Part shown: one piece after another, positions 10,101-17,974 of the stretch
Layout: every line of letters starts with the position of its first letter
Numbering within the stretch: position 1 is the first letter of the stretch
IMG/VR virus record: IMGVR_UViG_3300044512_000064
Coordinates: 1 to 29,686 of that record
Direction: 5' to 3' (one strand)
Length of the DNA: 29,686 bases
From: a virus
Taxonomy: Duplodnaviria > Caudoviricetes
Translations under genes and position numbers: made by a program
The notes under the pieces: generated by a model
Told to the model about the DNA's origin: nothing
Databases searched by the model: none
What the model saw: only the letters and a program-made list of their open reading frames with translations

Positions 10101-11656
10101 CCACTTAAATTTAATTTAGTGACATCTACATTGTCTACGTAGTTCTTAGTAGCCGCATCTTGAGCTAGTGTTGGATCAGCCATACCTGAAATGGTATTTG
10201 TTCCCATAGCTATGTCGCCAGTCATAGTACCACCAGCTAGAGGTAACTTGGTAGCAATACTGTTTGTAATAGTAGTACTAAAGTTAGCATCATCATTGAT
10301 AGCTGCAGCCAACTCATTTAGAGTATCTAGAGCACCTGGCGCTGAGTCTACAAGTGCAGATACTTCTGAGTCTACATAGCCTTTAGTTGCAGCGTCTGAC
10401 GAAACAGTAGGTGTACCTAAGCCTGTGACAGTATTACCTCCCATAGTAATGTCACCAGTCATTGTGCCGCCAGCTAAGTCTAGTTTAGTAGTATCTACAG
10501 AGTCTACATAGCCTTTAGTTGCAGCGTCTGAAGTAGCACTAGGGGCGCTTAGTCCTGTAACGGTATTACCGCCCATAGTGATATCACCTGACATAGTGCC
10601 ACCAGCTAGATTAAGCTTAAGCGCGTCTGCTGTATCTACATAACTTTTTGTAGTTGCGTCAGTTGTATTAGTTGGAGTACCTAAACCTGTTACAGTGTTT
10701 GTACCCATAGTAATATCACCTGACATAGTACCGCCAGTGAGATTAAGTTTAAGGGCATCATTAGTGTCTACATAGTTCTTTGTGGCTGCATCTTGAGCTA
10801 AGGTAGGGTCTGTAACATTAGCAATAGTAGTGCCTGTAACGTCAAGAGTACCATTTACTGTAACATCATTAAAAGTAGAAGAACCTGTAGCAGCAGTAAC
10901 ATTACCAGTTACATCACCTGTCAGATCACCTGTAACATCACCTGTCACATTACCCGTTACGTTACCTGTAACATTACCTGTAAGAGCGCCACTAAAACCT
11001 GTGTTAGCTGTAATATTTGTACCTGTTATAGCTTGTGCGCTTGTTCCACCAATAACAGAGCCGTCAATAGTACCTCCGTTGATGTCAACAGTAGAGTGAG
11101 TAGAGATTCCTGTAGTAGTTAAACTACCTGCTGAAATAGCGCCAGTAAAGGTAGATGTACCTGTGACACCAAGAGTACCACCGACAGTAGCATTACCAGA
11201 CGCATCCATTGTAGTAAAGTCAGCGGCGGCAGGAGTAGTACCACCAATAACTGTATTATCAATAGTACCACCTGTAATAACTACAGAATCAATATAGCCA
11301 ATGCCATCAATATATAAGTCTTTAAACTCTGCACCTGATGCACCAAGATCAATGTCATCATCAGTTACAGGAACAACAGCACCATCTTGAATGCGAAGCT
11401 GCTCTGTAGCAACTCCACTAACTTCAGTATAAAAGCTAACTCTGTTATTAGCTGTATCAACAACAACTTTATTAAGAGCGTCTACATCAGCAATAAGAGG
11501 TACATAACCCCCTTCTCCTGTGCTTCCATCGTGTTTGTGCCCTGTTAGTGCTGCAAAAGCAGTTTGTACTTGCTGAAATTCATTATGTACTGGTGCAGCT
11601 TTAATAACCTGTCCAGCAACAATATCAGCGGCACTTTGTCTTGTATAACCAGCCAT
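7148..11656 (-). CDS. Long tail fibre protein
   Basis: 1502 aa. N-terminal GHKHDG anchor region, DAATKxYVD/GGTMTG repeats, APGALDTLNELAAA and GSGLDAD fibre motifs, C-terminal TLTLPASPSVGD...GRNGSNI...YVDATIGW domain. Confidence 0.9.
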   Translation of the reverse strand: MAGYTRQSAADIVAGQVIKAAPVHNEFQQVQTAFAALTGHKHDGSTGEGGYVPLIADVDALNKVVVDTANNRVSFYTEVSGVATEQLRIQDGAVVPVTDDDIDLGASGAEFKDLYIDGIGYIDSVVITGGTIDNTVIGGTTPAAADFTTMDASGNATVGGTLGVTGTSTFTGAISAGSLTTTGISTHSTVDINGGTIDGSVIGGTSAQAITGTNITANTGFSGALTGNVTGNVTGNVTGDVTGDLTGDVTGNVTAATGSSTFNDVTVNGTLDVTGTTIANVTDPTLAQDAATKNYVDTNDALKLNLTGGTMSGDITMGTNTVTGLGTPTNTTDATTKSYVDTADALKLNLAGGTMSGDITMGGNTVTGLSAPSATSDAATKGYVDSVDTTKLDLAGGTMTGDITMGGNTVTGLGTPTVSSDAATKGYVDSEVSALVDSAPGALDTLNELAAAINDDANFSTTITNSIATKLPLAGGTMTGDIAMGTNTISGMADPTLAQDAATKNYVDNVDVTKLNLSGGTMTGDISLGANKATSTANPATDDTLSRKGYVDTQDALKLNLTGGTLSGDLTLGTNKATSTATPVTADTLTRKGYVDTQDDLKLNLAGGTMSGAIAMGTSKITGMGDPTANQDAATKAYVDTQDATKLNLSGGTMTGAIDMGANKITTTYTPTNSSDLTNKTYVDSILSSATDAATSAAAAATSATSAATSASNAATSEANAAASYDDFDDRYLGSKTSAPTVDNDGDALLTGALYWNSSTSKLFVWNGSTWDAAAFTLGDALTQLSDDTSPQLGGDLDLNSQDITGTGNVNITGNVTLSGTVDGRDVAADGTKLDTVETNADVTDTANVTAAGALMDSEVTNLDQVKAFSSSDYATAAQGATADAALPKSGGTMTGNLILNADPTTALGAATKEYVDTIAAAGIHYHDPVRVESPSNLNATYDNGTSGVGATLTNAGTQAALVIDGVTLSSADRVLVYNQTNAAHNGIYTVTNVGSASTNWVLTRATDADSYGVSDPNAFGEGDAFFVKEGDTGAGELYVMNTSGTITFGTTNITFTVIAETAVYTAGTDLTLSGTTFNLNSTIAADTTGNAATATALETARDITLTGAVTGTTSFDGSGNVSIATTATSDPTITLTGAVTGSGTMTNLGNVSIATTATADPTLTLAGDASGSATFTNLGNATLTVTVADDSHNHVISNVDGLQTALDAKLPSSSYTASDVLTKIKTVDGSGSGLDADLWDGNQFSSYLNQAVTTTSSPTFNDLYVGQSIYHNGDSNTRLEFGTDIIYMQAGGSNEITIDTTGVRLGDSGNGYFQPVTGDYGSVQIDGGAHGGYEGYSIGGRVVFMHENNTAAGIFNDLDNQWMFLGTLGGSTKMHHAGSAKIETTTGGAQINGNLTVTGAISGDGSGLTGIGFATNVVTSNTTASANNHYYLNAATVTLTLPASPSVGDEVRISEVAGNTDCVIGRNGSNIMGDASDLTIDTAYLVLSLRYVDATIGWAFS
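8090..8355 (-). repeat. Three ~30-aa (90-bp) tandem repeats in tail fibre (TLTGAVTG...GNVSIATTAT)
   Basis: Visible in the translation and at DNA level. Coordinates approximate. Confidence 0.8.
9600..10830 (-). repeat. Tandem 44-aa (132-bp) tail-fibre shaft repeats, nine KxYVD motifs
   Basis: Unit DAATKxYVDxxDxxKLNLxGGTMxGDIxMGxNxxTxxxxP. One unit carries an APGALDTLNEL insertion. Coordinates approximate. Confidence 0.9.
10896..10985 (-). repeat. 12-bp tandem repeat encoding (TG[ND][VL])n
   Basis: LTGNVTGNVTGNVTGDVTGDLTGDVTGNVT in the fibre translation. Confidence 0.85.
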
Positions 11657-13198
11657 TTATAGTCTATCTCCTACTCCGAAAGTCACAACTATACCCTGTA
11701 CGCTGTGTGATGCATTTGTATCATTTGTTACATACCTAAAAGAAACAGATTTACCTGAACCTGAAACGTTTACTCTTTGTACAGGAGAAGGGTTACCACT
11801 CCACACAGTGGTAGAGTCATCATAAATAGCTTCATTATAGTAAGAAGCTGCGTCTTCTGTGGACAAAGCGTAGTTAGTGGGGTTTAAAATACTAGTATCG
11901 TCATAGTCATACACTACTGACATAAGTATTTCATTTACACCCTCAGACCTTAGATACGTAGAAACAGTATGTACAATTTTACGTTGCTCAGGGTCTTGCA
12001 TATGAAGGAAGGGTGTTTGATAGAGACTTATGATATTCTCTCCGTCAAAGTCAGTACCCTCTTCCTGTCTGTGCACCTTACCATTATTATCACCGTGTAT
12101 TACATACTCTTCTTTATCTATGTAACCACTGTCTGCACAGGTTGCAGATATACCTAACAACTGACCAAACTCAAAACCCATACCTTGAGGTGTCTGTCTA
12201 AGACCTCCAATTAAGCCACCTGCATCAGTCACATTATAGAAAAGTCTAAACTGTGATTTTTTTCTAATTACAACAGAAGAAACATCATCTAAGTCATTAT
12301 TAAAAATAACATCTGTAATAAATGATTGAATGTTTTTAGAGATGGACTCTAGGTTAACGTCACCAATCTTGTTAGTACCACTAATAGGGCGATAACCATC
12401 TTGTGATAAAAAGAATACATCACCACCAATCTCAACAACACTATCAGTAGCTAGGCATCCAAGGTCATCTGTAACGTTCTCTAATACAAAGTTAGATATG
12501 TTGTTACCTACAAGCTTTTTAATATTGTTAACACCAAAGATGTATAGTTGATCACGGAAAGCTTTAGTAGCTATAATAGGGAACCCTACATTAATAACAC
12601 CAGAACCATCTGCAGCAGCAAAGCTAGTTTCGTTATAGGGTGCGCTAAAGTAAAGATTTGTGTCTTCGCTAGGATCGCCTGATAAAAATATATGATTCTG
12701 AAAAATAGATGCATACTTAGGTGCGCTGGGTGCATCAGCGTGTGTTATCTGCGTATAAGTAGTACCATCATAAGTAGCTGCTGGATTAACACCGTCTGTA
12801 AGTACTACCTTAGAGCTACCCCAGTTATAACGCTTAAAGCGTACTTTAGTAACGCCTGTCATAGTAGGGCTACCTGATGTAGTTATCGCAACCCAAGCTG
12901 AAGTTGAAGTATCCCAGTAGTGTAAGTAGTCACTACCGCTAGAAGGTGTACGACAAGCTAAAATACCATCGTTAATACCATTAGCTACACAAACACCTAA
13001 TACTTTACCTGTACCAGGAACAGTGCCATAGTCATTGCTAAAACCACTAATCTTCCTATAGCCACCTGTTACAGCAGGTTCATAGTTTAGTAGAGATATA
13101 GCTGAACCAGGTTGTGTTTCACCCTGTGATAAAACATCCCTATTCAGGTTTAGACCACCCTGAGAAAAAATCTTAAATGAGGCGAGATTGTCAGCCAT
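11657..13198 (-). CDS. Tail nozzle / stabilisation protein (P22 gp10 / T7 gp12-like)
   Basis: 513 aa, beta-rich propeller-like pattern (LYFSAP, LYIFG, LGCLATDSVVEIGGDVFFLSQDG). Located between adaptor and fibre. Confidence 0.75.
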   Translation of the reverse strand: MADNLASFKIFSQGGLNLNRDVLSQGETQPGSAISLLNYEPAVTGGYRKISGFSNDYGTVPGTGKVLGVCVANGINDGILACRTPSSGSDYLHYWDTSTSAWVAITTSGSPTMTGVTKVRFKRYNWGSSKVVLTDGVNPAATYDGTTYTQITHADAPSAPKYASIFQNHIFLSGDPSEDTNLYFSAPYNETSFAAADGSGVINVGFPIIATKAFRDQLYIFGVNNIKKLVGNNISNFVLENVTDDLGCLATDSVVEIGGDVFFLSQDGYRPISGTNKIGDVNLESISKNIQSFITDVIFNNDLDDVSSVVIRKKSQFRLFYNVTDAGGLIGGLRQTPQGMGFEFGQLLGISATCADSGYIDKEEYVIHGDNNGKVHRQEEGTDFDGENIISLYQTPFLHMQDPEQRKIVHTVSTYLRSEGVNEILMSVVYDYDDTSILNPTNYALSTEDAASYYNEAIYDDSTTVWSGNPSPVQRVNVSGSGKSVSFRYVTNDTNASHSVQGIVVTFGVGDRL

Positions 13199-13923
13199 TA
13201 GATACCGCCGTTAAAAGAGCTAGTCCCTGAGCGAGAAAGAACTGTAGAGCGTACAGATAGAGGGTCATCCATCAATACTCGACGCATAGACTTGATACCA
13301 TCCTCAAAATTATTCTGATGCATAGCTGCACTCTGTTCATTACTACGGAAGCGCATCATAAACATCATAGCACCATCAATAACTACGTGTTTAAAACGAT
13401 CAGGTATAACTGCTACGTCATCATATAGAGCCATATCAGCAGGGTAAGACCAGTAAGTATACTCAATCTCGTAAGCTGCGTTAGGCGTAGGTGTAACACC
13501 AAACGATTCACCTAGTGTCTGATATACACGAATGGGTGGACCATCACCGTTTACCGTATCACCCTCGTCATCCAAAGCACGTACATTCTGTATGTACTCC
13601 TCGTAAGACATAGCCTTTAGTCTCATAGGACTATTACCTTGAGAGGATAACTTCTTTAGATAGAACGTATCCCAGTCTGCACTAGAGTAGTCTGAGGGAA
13701 AGCTATACTCTCGTGTGCCTACTGTAAGAGTTTGTGTATAAGTAGTTTTAAGGAAGGGCCACTCTTGACCGTCCTGTAGAATAAGTCTAATGCTACTATT
13801 GATTGCGTCTTTAGCTAAAGCTTGAACATTACGTACTGAGTCAAAGCCATCACCAGAAGTATCTAGTGTAACTTCATTAAGTCTACGTAGTAATTCATTT
13901 GTTAGTGCGACATAAGTAGCCAT
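13198..13923 (-). CDS. Head-tail adaptor/connector protein
   Basis: 241 aa immediately after the capsid gene. N-terminal TYxxLTNELLRRLNE...AINxxI...WPF pattern of podovirus adaptors. Confidence 0.7.
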   Translation of the reverse strand: MATYVALTNELLRRLNEVTLDTSGDGFDSVRNVQALAKDAINSSIRLILQDGQEWPFLKTTYTQTLTVGTREYSFPSDYSSADWDTFYLKKLSSQGNSPMRLKAMSYEEYIQNVRALDDEGDTVNGDGPPIRVYQTLGESFGVTPTPNAAYEIEYTYWSYPADMALYDDVAVIPDRFKHVVIDGAMMFMMRFRSNEQSAAMHQNNFEDGIKSMRRVLMDDPLSVRSTVLSRSGTSSFNGGI

Positions 13924-13949
13924 AGAGTTATCCTACCGTTAGATGTGCT

Positions 13950-13977
13950 AAAGGGCCAGCTTATAAAAAGCCAGCCC
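13950..13977 (-). terminator. Probable weak intrinsic terminator after the major capsid gene
   Basis: Minus strand GGGCTGGCTT-TTTAT-AAGCTGGCCC (10-bp stem with two G-U pairs) followed by only TTT. Consistent with partial read-through into tail genes. Confidence 0.65.
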
Positions 13978-13993
13978 AATAGTCTATACTTTA

Positions 13994-15052
13994 TTAAGCA
14001 GCGTTGTAACGTGTTGTGATAAGCGCTTCTGGGCGTAGGATTTTACGTCCATATAGGTGCATACCACGAACGATGTCTGCGAATGAATCAGGGTCACGGT
14101 AGTTCTCAACTTTGTTGATTTGCTCCGCTGAAGCTACTGCTTCTTCCTGACCTGCAACGATAACACCGTAGTTGTCGTTTTGTGCTGATGTACCTGAAGT
14201 ACCTGCGCCTGTACCTTTTGCTGGTAGGTTGTTTGAAACATAAACACGGAAGCCGTGTAGGTTGTTCATAACCAAACCATTCATTAGGCCAGAGCCACCG
14301 AAATCGGCGTTCAATAGGCGTGAATCTTCGTCTTTTAGCATTTCGATAAATACTGGATCGACTACAATCCAACGTCCACGTGAGTCAACATTCTCTGTGT
14401 CCATCTTACGAGCCATACGAGCTACGACTGTTAGAGGAGATACAGTTGTTGCTGACAATGCAGTTGCGCCTGGTAGACGTGGTGCTAGAGGAACTGAGTC
14501 ACCTGCTGTCGCTGTAGCAGAGATAGTCAAGTTTGAGAAATCAGTTGCGTCTAGGTGGTTCGCTGTTAGGAACTCGCCTGTTAGGTTACCTGCTGTGTCG
14601 TGCTGTGCATCGCCAGATGTAGATGTTGAATATTCACCTGCTGATGTGTGACCTGACAAGTACTGCATCACGTCTGTGTCCATCGCGTCAGCCATTTTAT
14701 ATGCTGCACGATCAGCCGCTAGTGATACGTAATCGACGTTTGCGAACTGATCTTCGATGTCATCCATTTTGAATGCGAAGTAGTTAGCTTGGTCAATAGT
14801 TAGTGAGAAGTCTTCGTTTGCAAGCTTCTCTACAGAAATACCTGTGTGACGCTCTAGTGCGTTAACAGTTACGTCTGGTTCTTTCTGAATGCGAACCACA
14901 TCACCTTGGTTGGCGATCTCACCGAAGTAAGAGTTGTTTGTGATTGCGTTTGTGACAGCAGATTTACGTAGCGCAATCTGTGCCTGTTTGGAGTAGATAA
15001 TTGGGGACCAGTTGGTACCTGTAAATCCACCCGATGCGGAAGTAATAGCCAT
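13994..15052 (-). CDS. Major capsid protein (P22 gp5-like, HK97 fold)
   Basis: 352 aa. WSPIIYSK, YFGEIANQGDVVRI, LTIDQANYFAFKMDDIE, GFRVYVSNNLP, FADIVRGMHLYGRKILRPEA. Strong RBS TAAGGAG. Follows the scaffold. Confidence 0.93.
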   Translation of the reverse strand: MAITSASGGFTGTNWSPIIYSKQAQIALRKSAVTNAITNNSYFGEIANQGDVVRIQKEPDVTVNALERHTGISVEKLANEDFSLTIDQANYFAFKMDDIEDQFANVDYVSLAADRAAYKMADAMDTDVMQYLSGHTSAGEYSTSTSGDAQHDTAGNLTGEFLTANHLDATDFSNLTISATATAGDSVPLAPRLPGATALSATTVSPLTVVARMARKMDTENVDSRGRWIVVDPVFIEMLKDEDSRLLNADFGGSGLMNGLVMNNLHGFRVYVSNNLPAKGTGAGTSGTSAQNDNYGVIVAGQEEAVASAEQINKVENYRDPDSFADIVRGMHLYGRKILRPEALITTRYNAA

Positions 15053-15100
15053 AGTTAAAATCTCCTTATAGATATGGCGTGATATTGGTACACTACATAT

Positions 15101-15204
15101 CCACTAAAGAGGCCGTTCATAATAGGGTAGTCAGCTTAGCTCAATCAGATTGGCCTATCTTAGTAGAGCGCTGGGCCTATATGTCTGGGTAGTTCTTTGT
15201 GTGG
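15101..15204 (-). ncRNA. Structured 5' leader of the capsid mRNA (long irregular hairpin, cis-regulatory candidate)
   Basis: Nested pairing read by hand: CCAC/GTGG, AAAGA/TCTTT, CC/GG, CAT/ATG, ATAGG/CCTAT, CAGC/GCTG, GCTC/GAGC, AGAT/ATCT. It contains two ACTAC/CC internal loops. Confidence 0.65.
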
Positions 15205-15246
15205 CTAGTGCTAATTAAAGCATACACACTATTTGGGTGTATATAC

Positions 15247-15278
15247 TATAGTTTTACTTATGTTAACAAGAATGTCAA
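15247..15278 (-). promoter_or_regulatory. Promoter for the capsid gene: TTGACA-N16-TAAAACTATA
   Basis: Perfect sigma70 -35 at 15278-15273. The same architecture recurs at 28549-28580. Confidence 0.7.
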
Positions 15279-15281
15279 GCA

Positions 15282-16241
15282 TTACTTTGTTATATCATAA
15301 ATAAATTTACCTGAGCGTTGTGCGTCTAGGATTTCTTTCTGACGCTTCTCATACTCTTTGATGGACATCTTAGCTACCTGAGATTCACTTAGATAGGTAG
15401 ATGCATCGTCTTCTTGAATTTGTGTGCTACGTTTAGTACGTACTGAAGAGGCAGCACCTTTATCGCTAGACGTAGACTTAGAGGTACTCTTAATGCCTTT
15501 ATCTACTTTGTACATATCAATAACACGTGCTACAGATTGTACATCTTCTGCGTTTTCATACAAAGCATCTTGATATACTTTAGGCTGTGACTCTGCCCAT
15601 TCGTGGAAAGCGTCATCATTACGAATGTCTTCAAAGTCAGGGTGCAGCTGTAGTAGTTCAGCTTCTGCACGTTGACGCTTAGCATCTATACGTAACTCTT
15701 CGATCTCTTTCAAACGCTTATCAATGTCAGATGCACGTTCTTCAGCTTTACGATCTGCAATAGCTTCTACGATACCAGCTACATCAGGATACTTCTTAGC
15801 CCAAGCTTCAATGTCTTTTTCTGTCTTAGGTAATACAAGCTCATTCTTTGTGGCTTTATCCAGTTGAGATTGTAGCTGCTCGAACTTTACTTTCCACTCT
15901 TGTTCTTTCTCTTGAACGTGGCGGCGTAGATCACCGTAGCGCTTCTTGAAGTTCTTCTCTTCACCTGTTAACTCTGCATCATCCTCTTCTTGTGCTTCGG
16001 CTTTAGCTGGCTCTTTCGCTTCTTGTTCGCGTACACCCTCATCCTGAACTGAGGCGTTCTCAACTCTTTCGCTATCGGGTTCACTATCGGAGGCTTCTTC
16101 CTGCGTTTCATTGTCTTGCTGTGAGGCTATCCCAGCCTGCTCCATTAGTTCCTTGAGTTCTTGCTCGTCACGCTGGATACGTGCTGCATTTCGTGAGTGT
16201 GCAGGTGAGTCCACCTTAACTTGCTGTTCTACTTCAGGCAT
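15282..16241 (-). CDS. Capsid scaffolding protein
   Basis: 319 aa, acidic N-terminus, coiled coil with FKKRYGDLRRH, HPDF..I....F..W motif, C-terminal MSxxEYEK...I..A...GK. Directly upstream of the capsid gene. Confidence 0.85.
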   Translation of the reverse strand: MPEVEQQVKVDSPAHSRNAARIQRDEQELKELMEQAGIASQQDNETQEEASDSEPDSERVENASVQDEGVREQEAKEPAKAEAQEEDDAELTGEEKNFKKRYGDLRRHVQEKEQEWKVKFEQLQSQLDKATKNELVLPKTEKDIEAWAKKYPDVAGIVEAIADRKAEERASDIDKRLKEIEELRIDAKRQRAEAELLQLHPDFEDIRNDDAFHEWAESQPKVYQDALYENAEDVQSVARVIDMYKVDKGIKSTSKSTSSDKGAASSVRTKRSTQIQEDDASTYLSESQVAKMSIKEYEKRQKEILDAQRSGKFIYDITK

Positions 16242-16258
16242 TTGTTTCTCCTTATGTT

Positions 16259-16294
16259 GGGGCCAGCACTGCGCTGGGTAGCCTTATAGTTATA
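16259..16294 (-). promoter_or_regulatory. TATAACTATA element plus hairpin (GGCTAC-CCAGC-GCAGT-GCTGG-CCCC) just upstream of the scaffold RBS
   Basis: Seen directly. The hairpin shares the RCTAC-CC...GG-CC motif with the capsid leader. Confidence 0.6.
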
Positions 16295-16314
16295 TGGATA
16301 GTATTGTAGTGTTA

Positions 16315-17784
16315 CTATTTCTTCTTTTTATTACTTGGGCGTTTGATAATACCACCTTGGTTAAGTCCTGAAATACCCATAGATGTATCAAGCTCTGACC
16401 CGCCTTGTTTTTCTGTCTCAGTAAGACTTGATGTAGCCTTTTCAGCTGCTGCTGTACTACTTGCAGCGCTTGCTGTAGATTCTGGTGCATTATTATTGTT
16501 ATCATTAGAAGGTGTCACAGCTGGGCTACCGCCATCGTTATCATCACTGCCACCACTTGAACGACGAGACCCACCAAATGAATCACGTAAGTTATCGCCT
16601 TGTACACCAGCCTTACCGTCAAAGCCTAGTAGGTCACCTAACCAAGTATCACCGAAGTTAACATTGCCATCACCACTTACATCATTTAAGTTTTCATACA
16701 AGCCAGACTCTCCACCGAAGATAGAGCCTTTCTTTTCTAGCCCTTCTTCGTTAATACCTTCAGCATTCATACGATCAACGATGTCATTGTACTGGGCTAC
16801 CATACTTGTATTAACAACTGCTCCTACTGGTAGTCCTACAGTTGCAGCAACAGCTGTGGCAATAGTAGACATAGCACCTAGACCTTTAGCTGTCTTAGCT
16901 AGGTCTTCTGATTTAATACTATCTACATCAAAAGCCTCTGATGTTACTTGTGTTTTAGTAGGTTCACCTTCATCTTGCTTCCCTACTGTTGTCTCTGTAG
17001 TAGTTTGTGTCTGTGTCTCTGAGTATCCAAGCTCTAGTAGCTCTTGATAGCGCGTCTGCTGTGCAGGAAGCGTTACTGTCTCTACTTCTCCGTTAGGGCC
17101 GTACATAATAATGGTACGTACTGGGCTAGCTGCAGTACCTAAAGTCTGATCAATCAAGTAACCAGGAGAGAACATAGACGCTTGCTGTGTTCCGAATTGT
17201 GCTTGATATGGATCAATCTGTGATTCTTGATTTGTGACAGGGTTTGTTATACCTGTACCTGTGCTAACATCTGTACCAGGAGCAGCATATAGAACCTGAC
17301 CACCTCTGTTATACTGACCAGTATTACCCATAGCTACAGGAGCAGGCTGTTGATACATCTGTTGTTGTTGCAGATAAGGGTTAGTGCTTTGTGTAGGTTG
17401 AGGAACCATACCGCCCACAGCCATACCCTGTATCTGCTCCAATGCGGCTAACTCTTCAGGGGTTAGTTCGCCACCAGTTTGGTTATCAATAGTTTGCGCT
17501 ACAGGCTCACCACCGATACGTCCATTCGCTTCCATCTCCATCAAGCCACGCTTGGCTTCACTACGTAGGTCTTCAAAGAATTTAACACCATAGAAACGCA
17601 CTACGTCAGCAGGTACAACATATTCACCTTCACTTAGTTGCGCTGGGACATCATCACGTACTTCTTCAGCCATAGAGCCAGGAGGCACTTCGTTACCGCT
17701 TACAGGGTCCATAGTAGTCCCGTCATCAGTAAGACCGCCCTCTTCCATCATAAAGGCCATCTGCATTTGCTTAGCTGTGTCCAT
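16315..17784 (-). CDS. Head morphogenesis protein with DDVPAQLSEGEYVVPADVV domain (candidate processing protease/polyprotein)
   Basis: 489 aa located between portal and scaffold. Compact N-terminal domain, then low-complexity segments separated by xxxGG motifs. Protease role is inference. Confidence 0.55.
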   Translation of the reverse strand: MDTAKQMQMAFMMEEGGLTDDGTTMDPVSGNEVPPGSMAEEVRDDVPAQLSEGEYVVPADVVRFYGVKFFEDLRSEAKRGLMEMEANGRIGGEPVAQTIDNQTGGELTPEELAALEQIQGMAVGGMVPQPTQSTNPYLQQQQMYQQPAPVAMGNTGQYNRGGQVLYAAPGTDVSTGTGITNPVTNQESQIDPYQAQFGTQQASMFSPGYLIDQTLGTAASPVRTIIMYGPNGEVETVTLPAQQTRYQELLELGYSETQTQTTTETTVGKQDEGEPTKTQVTSEAFDVDSIKSEDLAKTAKGLGAMSTIATAVAATVGLPVGAVVNTSMVAQYNDIVDRMNAEGINEEGLEKKGSIFGGESGLYENLNDVSGDGNVNFGDTWLGDLLGFDGKAGVQGDNLRDSFGGSRRSSGGSDDNDGGSPAVTPSNDNNNNAPESTASAASSTAAAEKATSSLTETEKQGGSELDTSMGISGLNQGGIIKRPSNKKKK

Positions 17785-17974
17785 TAACTTCTTCCCTCAT
17801 AAGTTTTAATCTACGTAGTGCAGCTATCTCGCCTTGTATGCGATACATTGCCTCTGCGTCATTGCTTTGCTCTATACGGATATGCGCTGCGCTGATCTTA
17901 CTATCTAGGTATTCTACGTAAGCATCCCATAGAGGCTTGTCATTTGTGATCTTCTTTAGTGCGCCTAAATTCAT
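17771..17974 (-). CDS. Small conserved-looking head-module protein
   Basis: 67-aa helical ORF overlapping both neighbours. The YRIQG.I.AL pattern is common in small genes downstream of podovirus portals. Confidence 0.65.
   Translation of the reverse strand: MNLGALKKITNDKPLWDAYVEYLDSKISAAHIRIEQSNDAEAMYRIQGEIAALRRLKLMREEVNGHS

Noticed and set aside
8076-11099. Several plus-strand V/P-rich ORFs (8076-8624, 9618-9866, 10191-10379, 10830-11099)
   Set aside because: Mirror frames of Thr/Gly-rich fibre repeats. Lack of stops is explained by codon pattern.
6119-11656. Diversity-generating retroelement or invertible tail-fibre cassette
   Set aside because: No reverse transcriptase, invertase, template/variable repeat pair or flanking inverted repeats seen in the window.
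7148-11656. xxGG occurrences in tail fibre and glycine-rich proteins as members of the GG-motif set
   Set aside because: They belong to structural GGTMTG/polyglycine repeats and were excluded from the motif count.
15052-15282. tRNA or known riboswitch in the capsid leader
   Set aside because: No cloverleaf, T-loop or recognisable aptamer consensus. Reported instead as an unclassified hairpin.
16343-17047. 234-aa plus-strand ORF
   Set aside because: Antisense shadow of the 489-aa gene, low-complexity Ser/Pro translation, no RBS or promoter seen.
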